64,000 nt of DNA from a bacterium (GTDB lineage Bacteria; JAMCPX01): contig JBBIVV010000005.1 in NCBI GenBank assembly GCA_037439545.1, forward strand, positions 14,210 to 78,209, read 5' to 3'. The notes under the pieces were generated by a model. The model was not told the DNA's origin and made no database searches. It saw only the letters and a list, made by a program, of their open reading frames with translations. The position numbers and the translations under genes were made by a program. This document shows, in pieces, positions 39,539 through 50,330 of this stretch. Each line of letters starts with the position of its first letter. Within the stretch, counting starts at the first letter, position 1.

Positions 39539-41557
39539 TTATATCGTCAGAGCCAATTCAAACCCATGCTTTATGGCATCCAGTGCCTTTGCCGCAGACA
39601 GTGCATCCCCTATCACATGAATACGTTTGTCCTTTATCTTTGAGAATGGATTATAGGGAGCTGCACCTGTCGCAAGTATGATTACTCCGGCATCAAATGA
39701 CTGCGTCTGTCCGTTATTCTCGGCATGTACTACGCCTTCCTCTATTTTGGTTACCCTTGTATTGGTGTACATCTTTATGCCGCGTCTCTTTAACTGCTGC
39801 ATGACCGGCCAGCGGGTTGATCTCCCGATGTCCTTGCCCATCTTATCGAGCATCTCGAGCATAATAATCTTTCTTGTAGATTCCTTTAAAAGCTTTTGAA
39901 CAAGCACGGGGTCCTCTGCATCATTTTCAAGTAAGAACCGGGCCACCTGTCCATCCATAGTGCCGCCTTCTGCAAGATACAGGGCGACATCACACCCTAC
40001 TGCACCGCCTCCGATGATGACGATGTCCTTTGTCGTACCCGTAAACTCCTGAGAAAGAATATTCCATGCAAGCTTCACATACCCATCTTCGATACCCTCT
40101 TCCAGTCCTTCTATGCCGGGTATGACCGGAGCAGCACCGGTGGCAACGATAATCTCATCCGCTTTGAGTTTTGCAAGGCTGTTCTTGTTTATAGCTTTCC
40201 CAAGATAAAGGTTGACGCCATGATGCTCGAGTTGATGTGCAAAATAGAGCAAAAGATCATAAAATCCCGCTTTATCAGGCACAGCACTTGCAAGATTAAA
40301 TTGCCCGCCGATCCATTTCTCTTTCTCGTAAATGCTCACCTTGTGCCCTCTTTGAGCAAGTGTTATTGCAGCTTCAAGCCCGGCCGGGCCCGCACCTATG
40401 ACCGCAACTTTCTTAGGCTTCTTAGCCTTGGTAAGCTTTATTTCCTGCTCTTTGCCGACAATAGGGTTTACAAGACAGGTTGCGGGCATTCCGTTAAAAA
40501 TGTTGTCAAAACATCCTTGATTGCAGGCTATACAGTAATTGATCTCTTCAAGTTCGCCTTTCTGAGACTTTAGAGGAAAGTTCGGATCAGCTATCAATGC
40601 CCTTCCCATGATCACCATATCCGCCCAGCCGTCATTGATAACCTTCTCGGCTACCTTCGGATTGTTGATCCTGTTGGATGCCATAACGGGTACGTGAACA
40701 GCCTGCTTTACCTTCATTGCAAGGTATGAAAATGCACCCTCCGGCACTGCAAAGGTAAGCTGCGGCACATGCGTTTCATGCCAGCCGCCTGTTATATTAA
40801 ATCCGTCGATGCCTGCCTGGTCCAGTACCTTTGCGAATTCAACCGTTTCATTTATCGTATTGCTTCCATGAACAAAATCACTGCCGGAGAGCCTCATAAT
40901 GACAGGGAAATCGTCTCCAACGGTCTGTCTAACTTTTTGAAAAACCTCTCTGCCGAACCGCATCCTGTTTTCAAACGATCCTCCGTATTCGTCTGTCCTC
41001 TGGTTTGTTAAGGGAGACAGGAACTGGCAGATAAGATACCCTGCCGATGCAAGGATCTCGATACCATCTATGCCGGCCTTTTTTGCACGGAGTGCTGCAT
41101 CGGCATAATGCTGCTGGACCTGTTTTATTTCACCGGCTGTCAACGGTTTTGGAGCCTCATGGGTAAGTTTTGAAGGCACTGATGACGCAGAAACAGGCGT
41201 TTCACCGCCTATCATCCATGACGCCACATACCTGCCTGCATGATAAAGCTGTGCAAAGATCTTCGTATCATAGGTGTGCACCTTTTTTGCAAAAGCAGTC
41301 AATCCCGGAATAAAATCATCTGTATCGAGTCTAATCATAAATGGTCCTGCCCCGACCTTATCTATGGTGCATCCGCCGATGATGATCAATCCGGCGCCGC
41401 CCTTTGCCCTGCTTTCGAAGAACGAGGTCATTTGATCGGTAACAAAGCCTTCCGGCGTGTAATTCAGATGCATGGCAGGGAAAACAATTCTGTTCTTTAT
41501 CTCGAGCTTATTTATGTGTACAGGCGTAAACAGTGAAGTGAAATATTTGCTGTTCAT
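39539..41557 (-). CDS. fadH: 2,4-dienoyl-CoA reductase / OYE-family flavin-FeS oxidoreductase
   Basis: KNRIV, RAKGGAGLII, QLYHAGR, GYLICQFLSP..NQRTDEYGG, GGWHET.VP, CIACNQGC..C (4Fe-4S) and two GxGxxG Rossmann motifs. Confidence 0.88.
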   Translation of the reverse strand: MNSKYFTSLFTPVHINKLEIKNRIVFPAMHLNYTPEGFVTDQMTSFFESRAKGGAGLIIIGGCTIDKVGAGPFMIRLDTDDFIPGLTAFAKKVHTYDTKIFAQLYHAGRYVASWMIGGETPVSASSVPSKLTHEAPKPLTAGEIKQVQQHYADAALRAKKAGIDGIEILASAGYLICQFLSPLTNQRTDEYGGSFENRMRFGREVFQKVRQTVGDDFPVIMRLSGSDFVHGSNTINETVEFAKVLDQAGIDGFNITGGWHETHVPQLTFAVPEGAFSYLAMKVKQAVHVPVMASNRINNPKVAEKVINDGWADMVIMGRALIADPNFPLKSQKGELEEINYCIACNQGCFDNIFNGMPATCLVNPIVGKEQEIKLTKAKKPKKVAVIGAGPAGLEAAITLAQRGHKVSIYEKEKWIGGQFNLASAVPDKAGFYDLLLYFAHQLEHHGVNLYLGKAINKNSLAKLKADEIIVATGAAPVIPGIEGLEEGIEDGYVKLAWNILSQEFTGTTKDIVIIGGGAVGCDVALYLAEGGTMDGQVARFLLENDAEDPVLVQKLLKESTRKIIMLEMLDKMGKDIGRSTRWPVMQQLKRRGIKMYTNTRVTKIEEGVVHAENNGQTQSFDAGVIILATGAAPYNPFSKIKDKRIHVIGDALSAAKALDAIKHGFELALTI

Positions 41558-41713
41558 GTGTTCCTCCAATTTCCTGCCTATACATCATAGCTTGTTCGAT
41601 GTCTACTAAAATAACACGGATCCTTCTCAAAAAAAGTGATTATGGAGCTCCCGGATAAACACTACTTTGGTAGGATTCATGAAATGGAACAACACCGGAA
41701 ACTTCCTCGGGGG

Positions 41714-41742
41714 TTGACACTATTCATAGTTTACCGTATACT
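41714..41742 (+). promoter_or_regulatory. Sigma70 promoter of the pil operon
   Basis: TTGACA-N17-TATACT, 31 nt upstream of the pilB ATG. Confidence 0.7.
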
Positions 41743-41773
41743 AAATTTAATTGTTTGAAGGGGGTTACTATTT

Positions 41774-43465
41774 ATGACTTCGAGGCTTGGAGAGCTCCTT
41801 GTTAAAGAAAACTTAATAACGACAGACCAGCTGAGAAAAGCGATGGAAGAACAGAAAGCCGGCGGCGGAAGGCTGGGCTCGAGTCTTACAAAACTTGGAT
41901 TCGTTACCGATGAAGAACTGCTGACATTCCTGAGCAAGCAGTACAATGTCCCTGTCATAAATCTCGATGAGTTCGAGATAGAAAAAGAGATTGCCCGCAA
42001 GATACCGCAGGCTATTGCCAAAAAGCACCTCATTATACCCGTAAATCAGACGGGATCCACACTTATCGTGGCAACTTCAGACCCGACGAACCTCGGTGTC
42101 ATAGATGAAATAAAATTTTTGACAGGCTACAATGTAGAATTCGTTGCAGCTACAGAGAATGCACTTACCAAGGCTATAGAAAAATATTTTGAGGTGTCCA
42201 CGGATTATCAAGGCATACTCGACGAGGCTGCTCAAGAATATGAAGTTATCTCGGATGAAGACAACATAGACATCAAGACTCTTGAAAAGGCGAGTGAAGA
42301 GGCTCCTGTCATACGTCTTGTCAACTCAATCCTGAACGATGCAATAAAGAAAGGTGCGAGCGACATCCATGTGGAGCCTTATGAGAAGACTTTCAGGGTA
42401 AGGTTCAGGATAGACGGTATGCTTTATGAGATTATGAAACCGCAATTATCATTGAAACCCGCTATTGCTTCAAGATTAAAGATAATGGCAAAGCTTGATA
42501 TTGCGGAGAGACGGAGGCCCCAGGACGGCAGGATCAAGATCCGGTATGCTGACGGAAAAGATATGGATTTCCGGGTTTCTGTTCTTCCTACACTCTTCGG
42601 CGAGAAGATCGTTCTCCGGTTGCTCGATAAATCCAACCTTCAGCTTGACATGACAAAGCTCGGCTTCAACGAGAAGCAGTTGAAGGACTTTAAAGACTCA
42701 GTGCATAAACCTTACGGCATGGTGCTCGTGACGGGTCCGACAGGGAGCGGTAAGACCACGACGCTTTATTCAGCACTGTCTGAATTGAATCAAATATCTA
42801 AAAATGTCTCGACAGCAGAGGACCCGGTTGAATACAATATGCCCGGTGTTAACCAGGTTCAGATGCATGAGGAGATAGGCTTAAACTTTGCTGCGGCACT
42901 AAGGTCATTCCTCCGGCAGGACCCTAACATCATCATGGTCGGAGAGATAAGGGACTATGAAACTGCCGAAATAGCCGTAAAGGCCGCATTGACAGGACAT
43001 CTTGTATTGTCGACAATCCATACTAATGATGCCCCCAGTACTATTAACAGGCTGTTGAATATGGGTATAGAGCCATTCCTTGTCGCCTCGGCTGTCCATG
43101 CAATACTTGCGCAAAGGTTAGTGAGAAAAATATGTGACAAGTGTAAAGAAGAAATAGATGTTGGAAAGAAGGCCTTGCTTGATATCGGCATTTCTGAGGC
43201 AGAAGCCAAAAACTTAAAAGTCTATAAGGGCAAGGGATGCACTGTATGCAACAACACCGGTTATAAGGGCAGAATTGCTGTTTATGAAATCCTTACCATA
43301 GCAGAGGAACTCAGGGAGTTGATATTAGCCGGTGCATCTGCTAATGAAATAAAGAAAGAAGCCATGAGGCTTGGCATGATGACGATGCGTCAGAGTGCAG
43401 TAGATTTTTTAAAAAAAGGGCTTACAACAGTAGATGAGGTTGTAAGAGTGACAGCAAAAGATTAG
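41774..43465 (+). CDS. pilB: Type IV-A pilus assembly ATPase
   Basis: RLGELL N-terminus, ASDIHVEP, LDIAERRRPQDG, GPTGSGKTTT, EDPVEY, LRQDP, GHLVLST.H and a tetracysteine motif. Confidence 0.96.
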   Translation: MTSRLGELLVKENLITTDQLRKAMEEQKAGGGRLGSSLTKLGFVTDEELLTFLSKQYNVPVINLDEFEIEKEIARKIPQAIAKKHLIIPVNQTGSTLIVATSDPTNLGVIDEIKFLTGYNVEFVAATENALTKAIEKYFEVSTDYQGILDEAAQEYEVISDEDNIDIKTLEKASEEAPVIRLVNSILNDAIKKGASDIHVEPYEKTFRVRFRIDGMLYEIMKPQLSLKPAIASRLKIMAKLDIAERRRPQDGRIKIRYADGKDMDFRVSVLPTLFGEKIVLRLLDKSNLQLDMTKLGFNEKQLKDFKDSVHKPYGMVLVTGPTGSGKTTTLYSALSELNQISKNVSTAEDPVEYNMPGVNQVQMHEEIGLNFAAALRSFLRQDPNIIMVGEIRDYETAEIAVKAALTGHLVLSTIHTNDAPSTINRLLNMGIEPFLVASAVHAILAQRLVRKICDKCKEEIDVGKKALLDIGISEAEAKNLKVYKGKGCTVCNNTGYKGRIAVYEILTIAEELRELILAGASANEIKKEAMRLGMMTMRQSAVDFLKKGLTTVDEVVRVTAKD

Positions 43466-43479
43466 ATGTGGGGGTGGCA

Positions 43480-44607
43480 ATGAGTTTCAATCTGCATCAG
43501 TTGTTGAAAGTAATGATAGAAAAAGGGGCAAGCGACCTTCATATAACGACAGGCAGCCCTCCTCAGTTGAGGATAGACGGTGAATTAACGCCGCTCAAAG
43601 TCCCGCCTCTTACTGCAACAGAAACAAAACAGCTTTGCTACAGTATTCTTACTGATGCACAGAAACAAAAATTTGAGCAGGAGAACGAGCTTGATCTGTC
43701 ATTCGGCGTAAAAGGCTTAAGTAGGTTCAGATCGAATATATTTATGCAGAGAGGAGCTGTTGCCGGCGCATTCAGAACGATCCCTTTTAAAATATTGAGT
43801 TTCGACGAGCTTGGACTGCCGCCTGTCGTAGCAGAGCTCACCAAGAAGGTGAGAGGGCTGATCCTGGTAACGGGCCCTACCGGCAGCGGAAAGACCACGA
43901 CACTCGCCTCTATAATAGCAAAGATAAACGAGGACAGGCATGAGCACATCATTACCATAGAGGATCCTATAGAATACCTGCACCCACATAAGAATTGTAT
44001 CGTGAACCAAAGAGAGGTGGGCGCTGACACGAGAGGATTTGCAAATGCCTTAAAGTATATTTTAAGGCAGGATCCGGATGTAGTACTCATTGGAGAGATG
44101 AGGGACCTTGAAACGATTGAAGCTGCACTCAATACGGCAGAAACCGGCCACCTCGTTCTTGCAACATTGCACACAAACTCAGCAGTCCAGACAATCAACA
44201 GGATCATTGACGCATTCCCGCCGCACCAGCAGTCTCAGGTAAGGGCACAGTTGTCCTTTGTTCTTGAAGGAATTTTAACTCAATCGCTTATACCAAAGTA
44301 TAATCAGCCGGGCAGATCGCTGGCATGCGAGGTACTGGTACCTATACCGGCCATAAGAAACCTGATAAGAGAGGAAAAGGTCCATCAGATATACTCACAC
44401 ATGCAGGTGGGACAGGCAAAGTTCGGCATGCAGACCATGAATCAGTCTTTGTTCAACCTGTACCAGAGGAAATTAATTTCATTGGATGATGCTATGATAT
44501 ACTCGTCGGATCTCGAAGAACTCAAACAGATGCTCCAGGCAGGCACGACCACGCCGCCGTCTGTCCAGGCTCAGGCAAGGATGCAGAATGCTCAAAAAAG
44601 CTTTTAA
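43480..44607 (+). CDS. pilT: Type IV pilus retraction ATPase
   Basis: ASDLH, GPTGSGKTTT, EDPIEY, QREVG.DT, AETGHLV, AIRNLIRE and GMQTM motifs. Confidence 0.96.
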   Translation: MSFNLHQLLKVMIEKGASDLHITTGSPPQLRIDGELTPLKVPPLTATETKQLCYSILTDAQKQKFEQENELDLSFGVKGLSRFRSNIFMQRGAVAGAFRTIPFKILSFDELGLPPVVAELTKKVRGLILVTGPTGSGKTTTLASIIAKINEDRHEHIITIEDPIEYLHPHKNCIVNQREVGADTRGFANALKYILRQDPDVVLIGEMRDLETIEAALNTAETGHLVLATLHTNSAVQTINRIIDAFPPHQQSQVRAQLSFVLEGILTQSLIPKYNQPGRSLACEVLVPIPAIRNLIREEKVHQIYSHMQVGQAKFGMQTMNQSLFNLYQRKLISLDDAMIYSSDLEELKQMLQAGTTTPPSVQAQARMQNAQKSF

Positions 44608-44620
44608 ATGGAGGTAAGCA

Positions 44621-45832
44621 ATGGCTATTTTTACTTGGGAAGGAATGAAAAAAACAGGCGAAGTCGTAAAAGGCAGTACAGATGCTCAGAGTGAAAATGC
44701 CGTCATAGCCATACTCAGACAACAGGATATAAGGCCTACCAACATCAAGGAAAAGAAAGCGTCCTTTAATCTGGATAGTATAAACATCTTCAAGGAAAAG
44801 GTTACGGGCAAAGACCTGTCGATCTTCACAAGACAGTTTGCGACCATGATTGACTCTGGTCTGCCGCTTGTCCAGTGCCTGGACATACTTGGCGCACAGC
44901 AGCCGAACAAAACATTCCAGAAGACCATAAAGGACATAAAATCGTCCATTGAAGGCGGCTCTACCTTTGCCGCTGCATTAAAAAAACACCCGGACACCTT
45001 TGATTCTCTGTACTCGAATCTCGTGGCTGCAGGAGAGGTCGGCGGTATGCTCGACACAATACTTGCGCGGCTCGCGACTTATATCGAAAAATCCGAGAAA
45101 TTAAAAGGCAGGGTAAAAGGTGCCATGGTGTATCCAGTCGTTGTATTGACGATTGCCGCCGGGGCTACCGCAGTATTGCTTTTGTTTGTAATACCCGTTT
45201 TTGCAAAGATGTTTGCAGATGTCGGTGCGGCACTGCCGGCTCCAACCCAATTCGTTATGGATCTCAGCAACTTCTTAAGGCATTACTTCCTGTATATGAT
45301 TATAGGGATAGCGGCTGTCATTTATGCGATCAGGGCTTACTATAAGACAGCGAACGGAACCCTGGTCATAGACAGTATGTTATTGAAGGCGCCGGTATTC
45401 GGCGATCTTATCCGGAAAAATGCAGTGGCAAGGTTTACCAGAACGCTCTCAACGATGATCTCAAGCGGTGTTCCTATCATGGACGGTCTCGAAATCGTTG
45501 CCCGCACATCAGGCAATAAGATCATCGAGAATGCGATTATGAAAGCACGGGAAAGCATCGCTGCAGGCAAAACGATATCCGAGCCACTCGGTCAGACAAA
45601 GGTCTTCCCGTCCATGGTCGTTCAGATGATCTCAGTGGGCGAGGCTACGGGTAACATGGATGCAATGCTTTCTAAAATTGCAGATTTTTACGATGAAGAA
45701 GTCGATGCTGCCGTAGCAAGCATGACGTCCCTTATCGAGCCGCTGCTAATCGTGTTCCTCGGTGTTGTTATCGGCGGCCTTGTTGTTGCAATGTACTTAC
45801 CAATCTTCAAGATTGCAAGTACGGTTAAATGA
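44621..45832 (+). CDS. pilC: Type IV pilus inner-membrane platform protein
   Basis: FTRQFATMI.SGLP, AGEVGG.LD, AMVYP, QMISVGE.TG, IEP and AMYLPIF motifs. Confidence 0.95.
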   Translation: MAIFTWEGMKKTGEVVKGSTDAQSENAVIAILRQQDIRPTNIKEKKASFNLDSINIFKEKVTGKDLSIFTRQFATMIDSGLPLVQCLDILGAQQPNKTFQKTIKDIKSSIEGGSTFAAALKKHPDTFDSLYSNLVAAGEVGGMLDTILARLATYIEKSEKLKGRVKGAMVYPVVVLTIAAGATAVLLLFVIPVFAKMFADVGAALPAPTQFVMDLSNFLRHYFLYMIIGIAAVIYAIRAYYKTANGTLVIDSMLLKAPVFGDLIRKNAVARFTRTLSTMISSGVPIMDGLEIVARTSGNKIIENAIMKARESIAAGKTISEPLGQTKVFPSMVVQMISVGEATGNMDAMLSKIADFYDEEVDAAVASMTSLIEPLLIVFLGVVIGGLVVAMYLPIFKIASTVK

Positions 45833-47508
45833 TGCGGGAAGACAGCACAGAACCGACACAAGAACTTTTACCCTCAACCTCACCGGCAACTTCACCGGTG
45901 ACTTCTATAGAAAAACAGGAGCTTTTAACCAGGCTCTTCTGGTCTACTGCGATAAGACTGATTCTTATAACACTGCTTATCGGCATTGCATTTACCACAT
46001 ATCAGTACAAGACGATATTCCGTGCTGCCCCATGGTTGTCGCCTTTAATAATACTGATATCAGTTCTCTATGTATTCAGCTTCATAGAACTGCTCGCCAT
46101 AAAAAAGCGGAAAAGGCTTAAAGTCATAGCGTATATCGCTACATCTTGGGATGTTCTGTTTACATCAGCTCTTGTTATAGCGACAGGAGGCATCGATAGT
46201 ATATACACCTTCTTATACCTTTTCGTGGCCATCGAGGCCGGCTTCTTATTGTCACAGCAAGGAGGATTTATCTTTGCGTCTCTTTCATCGATATTCTATG
46301 GACTCCTCGTCGATGCTCAGTTTTACAGATTAATTCCGTCATTCATACCGTCGCCCGACATAACGCGTCCTGTAAAAGACATCCTTGTCAATCTCATAAC
46401 CTATATGGGGACGACATTCTTATTGGGAATACTGAGCGCCTTTCTCGGTAATAATCTGTTAAAGGCCAAACAATCGCTGTCTGCAAGCAGCATTGACCTC
46501 AGACATCTGACAAATCTCTATGCCATAATTGTCAATAGTATAGACTCGGGATTAATAACACTCGACGAACACTATAATTTAAATACCATGAATCCTGCGG
46601 CAGTGCGCATAACCGGCTATGATCTTCATGACATTGAAGGGAAAAAAATAGATGACATTATGCCGGGGATCCAACTGCCGGCTACCGGAGTCAAAAGGAA
46701 CGAATTAGTCATTAAAAAAAAAGATAAACACGGTGTGCAGATAGGTTACACTATGTCTAACCTGCACGATGAAACAGGCAAGATGATAGGTACAGTCATA
46801 GCATTTCAGGATCTTACCGAGATGAAGAAGATGGAAGCCAAGCTGAAGCGCTCCGACATCCTTGCAACCGCAGGCAGGCTTGCTGCAAGCGTTGCGCATG
46901 AAATACGAAACCCTCTTGCGTCTATCAGCGGTATGGTCCAGATACTTATGGAAGATTTAAAAAGCAACAAGGAATTTGAAAAACCGTTGGACCTCATATT
47001 CAGGGAAGTAGACAGAATAAACAATCTCATTACAGAGTTCCTGTCGATGTCGAAACCTGTTACCCATATTCAGGAAGGTATACTCTTGAAACCGATTGTC
47101 GACGAAGTTTTTGAAAGTGTCATGAAGAGGGTGGATTATAATCCTTTGGTAAAACTGCTGAACCCGTTATCGGACGATATAACGATAAAGGCAGACAAAC
47201 TTAAAATAAAACAGGTGTTGCTCAACCTTGTTCTTAATGCTATTCATGCAATTAAGGAAACAGGGTTTGTAACTGTAAAATGCATGAAAGAGAATAAACA
47301 TACCAGACTGTCGGTCGAGGACAATGGAGGAGGCATGGATGAAAACGAACTAAAGCTGTGCCTAGAACCTTTTTGGACAACGAATCCCGGAGGTACGGGA
47401 CTCGGACTGCCGGTGGTGCAGGCCATTGTTGAACAGCACTATGGTGTTTTATTCATAAAAAGCAAAAAAGGTGAAGGAACACATGTTGAAATCGAACTGC
47501 CTTTATAA
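45829..47508 (+). CDS. pilS: PilS-type sensor histidine kinase
   Basis: About six TM segments (TGG.DS.Y.FLY), a PAS domain, AHEIRNPL, QVLLNLVLNA, DNGGG and GTGLGL. Located between pilC and pilR. Confidence 0.88.
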   Translation: MMREDSTEPTQELLPSTSPATSPVTSIEKQELLTRLFWSTAIRLILITLLIGIAFTTYQYKTIFRAAPWLSPLIILISVLYVFSFIELLAIKKRKRLKVIAYIATSWDVLFTSALVIATGGIDSIYTFLYLFVAIEAGFLLSQQGGFIFASLSSIFYGLLVDAQFYRLIPSFIPSPDITRPVKDILVNLITYMGTTFLLGILSAFLGNNLLKAKQSLSASSIDLRHLTNLYAIIVNSIDSGLITLDEHYNLNTMNPAAVRITGYDLHDIEGKKIDDIMPGIQLPATGVKRNELVIKKKDKHGVQIGYTMSNLHDETGKMIGTVIAFQDLTEMKKMEAKLKRSDILATAGRLAASVAHEIRNPLASISGMVQILMEDLKSNKEFEKPLDLIFREVDRINNLITEFLSMSKPVTHIQEGILLKPIVDEVFESVMKRVDYNPLVKLLNPLSDDITIKADKLKIKQVLLNLVLNAIHAIKETGFVTVKCMKENKHTRLSVEDNGGGMDENELKLCLEPFWTTNPGGTGLGLPVVQAIVEQHYGVLFIKSKKGEGTHVEIELPL

Positions 47509-47528
47509 AATAATAAAGAAAGCACTCT

Positions 47529-48911
47529 ATGATCCAGATACTTGCTGTTGATGATGATAAAAGCATGCGTGAGTTCCTTGAGCTCATACTTAAAAGGGAA
47601 AGGTACGATGTAACCTGCGCCAAAGACGGTGCGGACGCTATCCTGCTTTTGAAAGACAATTTTTTTGATCTGATAATAACTGATCTTATGATGCCCGCTA
47701 TAAACGGTTTGGAGGTATTGAAAAAGGCAAAAGAGATTTACCCGGATATAAAGGTTATTGTAATTACTGCATTCGGTACCATAGAAACTGCTGTAGAAGC
47801 AATAAAGCTCGGTGCTTATGACTACATCACAAAACCCTTTAACAACGATGATTTAAGGCAGCGAATCCGGCGGGCAATCGAAACCCAGAAAATCGAGCAC
47901 GAGAACAAAAGGCTGAAACAGGAACTCGGGGTGAAGGATGGGAAATGGGACATTATAGGTGTAAGCAGCATCATGCAGGATATTTTCAACCTCATAGAAA
48001 GGGTAAAGGATACGAGAACGAATGTTCTTATCTATGGTGAATCGGGAACGGGCAAAGAACTGGTAGCCCGCGCAATACACAATCAGGGTGCGAGACAGAA
48101 TGAGCCGTTTATACCGATCAACTGCGGCGCAATACCTGAAAATCTTGTGGAGAGTGAACTGTTCGGGCATAAAAGGGGTGCATTTACCGGTGCTACGGAA
48201 AACAAAAAGGGGCTTTTTCTCGAAGCAGACGGGGGGACAATCTTCCTTGACGAAGTCAGTGAATTGCCGTTTCAAACACAGGTTAAACTGTTAAGGGTTA
48301 TTCAGGACAAAAAAATTAAACCTGTCGGAGACTCACTGGAATATCCGGTCGATGTCAGGATTCTCTCAGCGACAAACAGGAACCTGAAACAGCTCGTAAA
48401 AGAGTCGAAATTCCGGGAGGACCTCTTCTACCGGTTAAATGTGATACAGATAGAAATGAAACCATTGAGAGACAGAAAGGATGATATTCTTCCCCTTGCG
48501 AGACATTTTCTTGAAAAATACGGTAAAGAGTTCGGCAAAAAAATCCAGGATTTTTCGAATGCAGCGATCGATATATTGAAAAATTATTATTATCCGGGCA
48601 ACGTCAGAGAGCTTGAGAACATCGTGGAAAGGGCAGTTGCAATAGAATCGGCCGCTGTTATCCTGCCGGAATCCCTGCCGCAGGAATTGACCCATGCAGT
48701 TCCGGACAATACCGGCCGGGCATATACCCTGGAAGATATCAAATCAAGATTCAACGGGGTTATCGACAACCTGCTGAATACGATAGAGAAGGGATTGATA
48801 GAAGATGCGCTCAAGGTAAGTTCCAATGACCGGCTAAAAACCTGCACATTGCTGGGTATCCCCATGCGATCGCTGAGATATAGAATCAAAAAATATAACA
48901 TTATGGATTAA
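47529..48911 (+). CDS. pilR: Sigma54-dependent response regulator (REC-AAA+-HTH)
   Basis: [54 protein letters not shown] and RSLRYR tail. Confidence 0.9.
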   Translation: MIQILAVDDDKSMREFLELILKRERYDVTCAKDGADAILLLKDNFFDLIITDLMMPAINGLEVLKKAKEIYPDIKVIVITAFGTIETAVEAIKLGAYDYITKPFNNDDLRQRIRRAIETQKIEHENKRLKQELGVKDGKWDIIGVSSIMQDIFNLIERVKDTRTNVLIYGESGTGKELVARAIHNQGARQNEPFIPINCGAIPENLVESELFGHKRGAFTGATENKKGLFLEADGGTIFLDEVSELPFQTQVKLLRVIQDKKIKPVGDSLEYPVDVRILSATNRNLKQLVKESKFREDLFYRLNVIQIEMKPLRDRKDDILPLARHFLEKYGKEFGKKIQDFSNAAIDILKNYYYPGNVRELENIVERAVAIESAAVILPESLPQELTHAVPDNTGRAYTLEDIKSRFNGVIDNLLNTIEKGLIEDALKVSSNDRLKTCTLLGIPMRSLRYRIKKYNIMD

Positions 48912-49001
48912 GAAAGCTTGATTTATAGACGGACTTAATATATTCATTGTCAGAAAAACATTATTATGTTTGATTGAATTTTAAATAAATGAGGAGGCAC
49001 G

Positions 49002-50318
49002 ATGAAAATATTTAACATAGTTATATTATTCTGTACCATTGTCATGGCCCCTGCAGTTCTCATTGCATCTCCGTCCGACAGTCAGAATTCCGGAATAATC
49101 GAGATTCCATCCGCAACAACGGTCGCGCCCGAAGCGCCGGCACCGTCCATAATGCCGGTCCAGTCCGCAGCAGCATCGCCGCCTTTTACTCTCAATTCCA
49201 GCACTTATCTCAACACGTTCGGATTGAATGGTAATAACATTGACAATAAGTATCTTCCTTTCTATGAAGACCTGAACTTTAAATACCTTACCTTAAGCAA
49301 AGGTTTGAGCATAGAGGCCTCTGGATGGTTGAGATACGATTTACTCTCCAATGAATACACCAACAGGGCAAACGCTGATTTTACCTACGGCTACCTTAAC
49401 TATCAACCCGGTTCACTTCCTCTGAAGTTGAAGCTCGGAAGGGTTTATAGCTGGTTTGGATGTGCCAACGACCATTATGACGGCATTGAACTGATGCTTC
49501 AAAATATCCATGGGTTTGGAATCGGCGCTTTTGCCGGAAGTGAGGTTGATTCACAGCTTCACGATACACCCGGAGGCGTTACGGCGGGAGGCAGGTTATC
49601 CTATGACTCATCCCTCTTTGGTATTGGTGGTTCTTTGTTTTATGCTGCGAACAATGATTACCTGTCCCAGTACAGGTGGGGCGCAGATGGATGGGTAAAG
49701 CCAGCCGACATGCTTTATCTATTTGGCAGGTACTATTATGATATGGTTGATAAAAGGCTTTATGACGGAACTGTAAAATTATCATTAACCCCCCTCAGGA
49801 GGGTATTTGTAAATGCTCAATACTCTCTTTTCAACCCTGCATCTCTCATTGATAAGACGAGCATATTCTGGGTATTCAATACGGAGTCTTACAGGACCAT
49901 TGTTGCGGACATAGGCTACAGAATCCTTGATGATCTTTCTGTGTCTTTGGATGGTTCTAAATACATGTATAGTTCTGAAGGCAATGCGTACAGTTATGGA
50001 GGTGCGCTCAACTATGATATGCATCCTTATGCACTCGGCCTTGAACTGAAAAAAACGGATTCAAACCCGACGGATTATTTGACCACAAGGGTTTATATAT
50101 TCAGAAACTTTATCATGGGGTTTTATGCCAATATAGACGTCATCTACACATCTTATCTTGGCGAACTGAAAGGCTACGATCACAGCATTACCGGTCATGC
50201 CGCCGTCGGAAAAACGATTGTCAAAAACCTGAAGCTTACGCTGTCGGGAGATTCAACAGACGGACCGTATGTAAGACACGGCGGTTTTGGCATGCTGAGT
50301 CTGAAATATGAACTGTAA
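49002..50318 (+). CDS. Putative outer-membrane beta-barrel (porin-cytochrome conduit-type)
   Basis: Signal peptide and Pro/Ala-rich linker, then alternating aromatic/Gly beta-strand pattern (LKLGR..DG, GGRLSY, WGADGW) and C-terminal LSLKYEL. Lies 12 bp upstream of a multiheme cytochrome. GAGGAGG RBS. Confidence 0.72.
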   Translation: MKIFNIVILFCTIVMAPAVLIASPSDSQNSGIIEIPSATTVAPEAPAPSIMPVQSAAASPPFTLNSSTYLNTFGLNGNNIDNKYLPFYEDLNFKYLTLSKGLSIEASGWLRYDLLSNEYTNRANADFTYGYLNYQPGSLPLKLKLGRVYSWFGCANDHYDGIELMLQNIHGFGIGAFAGSEVDSQLHDTPGGVTAGGRLSYDSSLFGIGGSLFYAANNDYLSQYRWGADGWVKPADMLYLFGRYYYDMVDKRLYDGTVKLSLTPLRRVFVNAQYSLFNPASLIDKTSIFWVFNTESYRTIVADIGYRILDDLSVSLDGSKYMYSSEGNAYSYGGALNYDMHPYALGLELKKTDSNPTDYLTTRVYIFRNFIMGFYANIDVIYTSYLGELKGYDHSITGHAAVGKTIVKNLKLTLSGDSTDGPYVRHGGFGMLSLKYEL

Positions 50319-50330
50319 AGAGGGGGCATT

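Noticed and set aside
48912..49001. Expected pilA gene or sigma54 (-24/-12) promoter after pilR
   Set aside because: The gap is only 90 bp and has no pilin-like ORF and no GG-N10-GC element.
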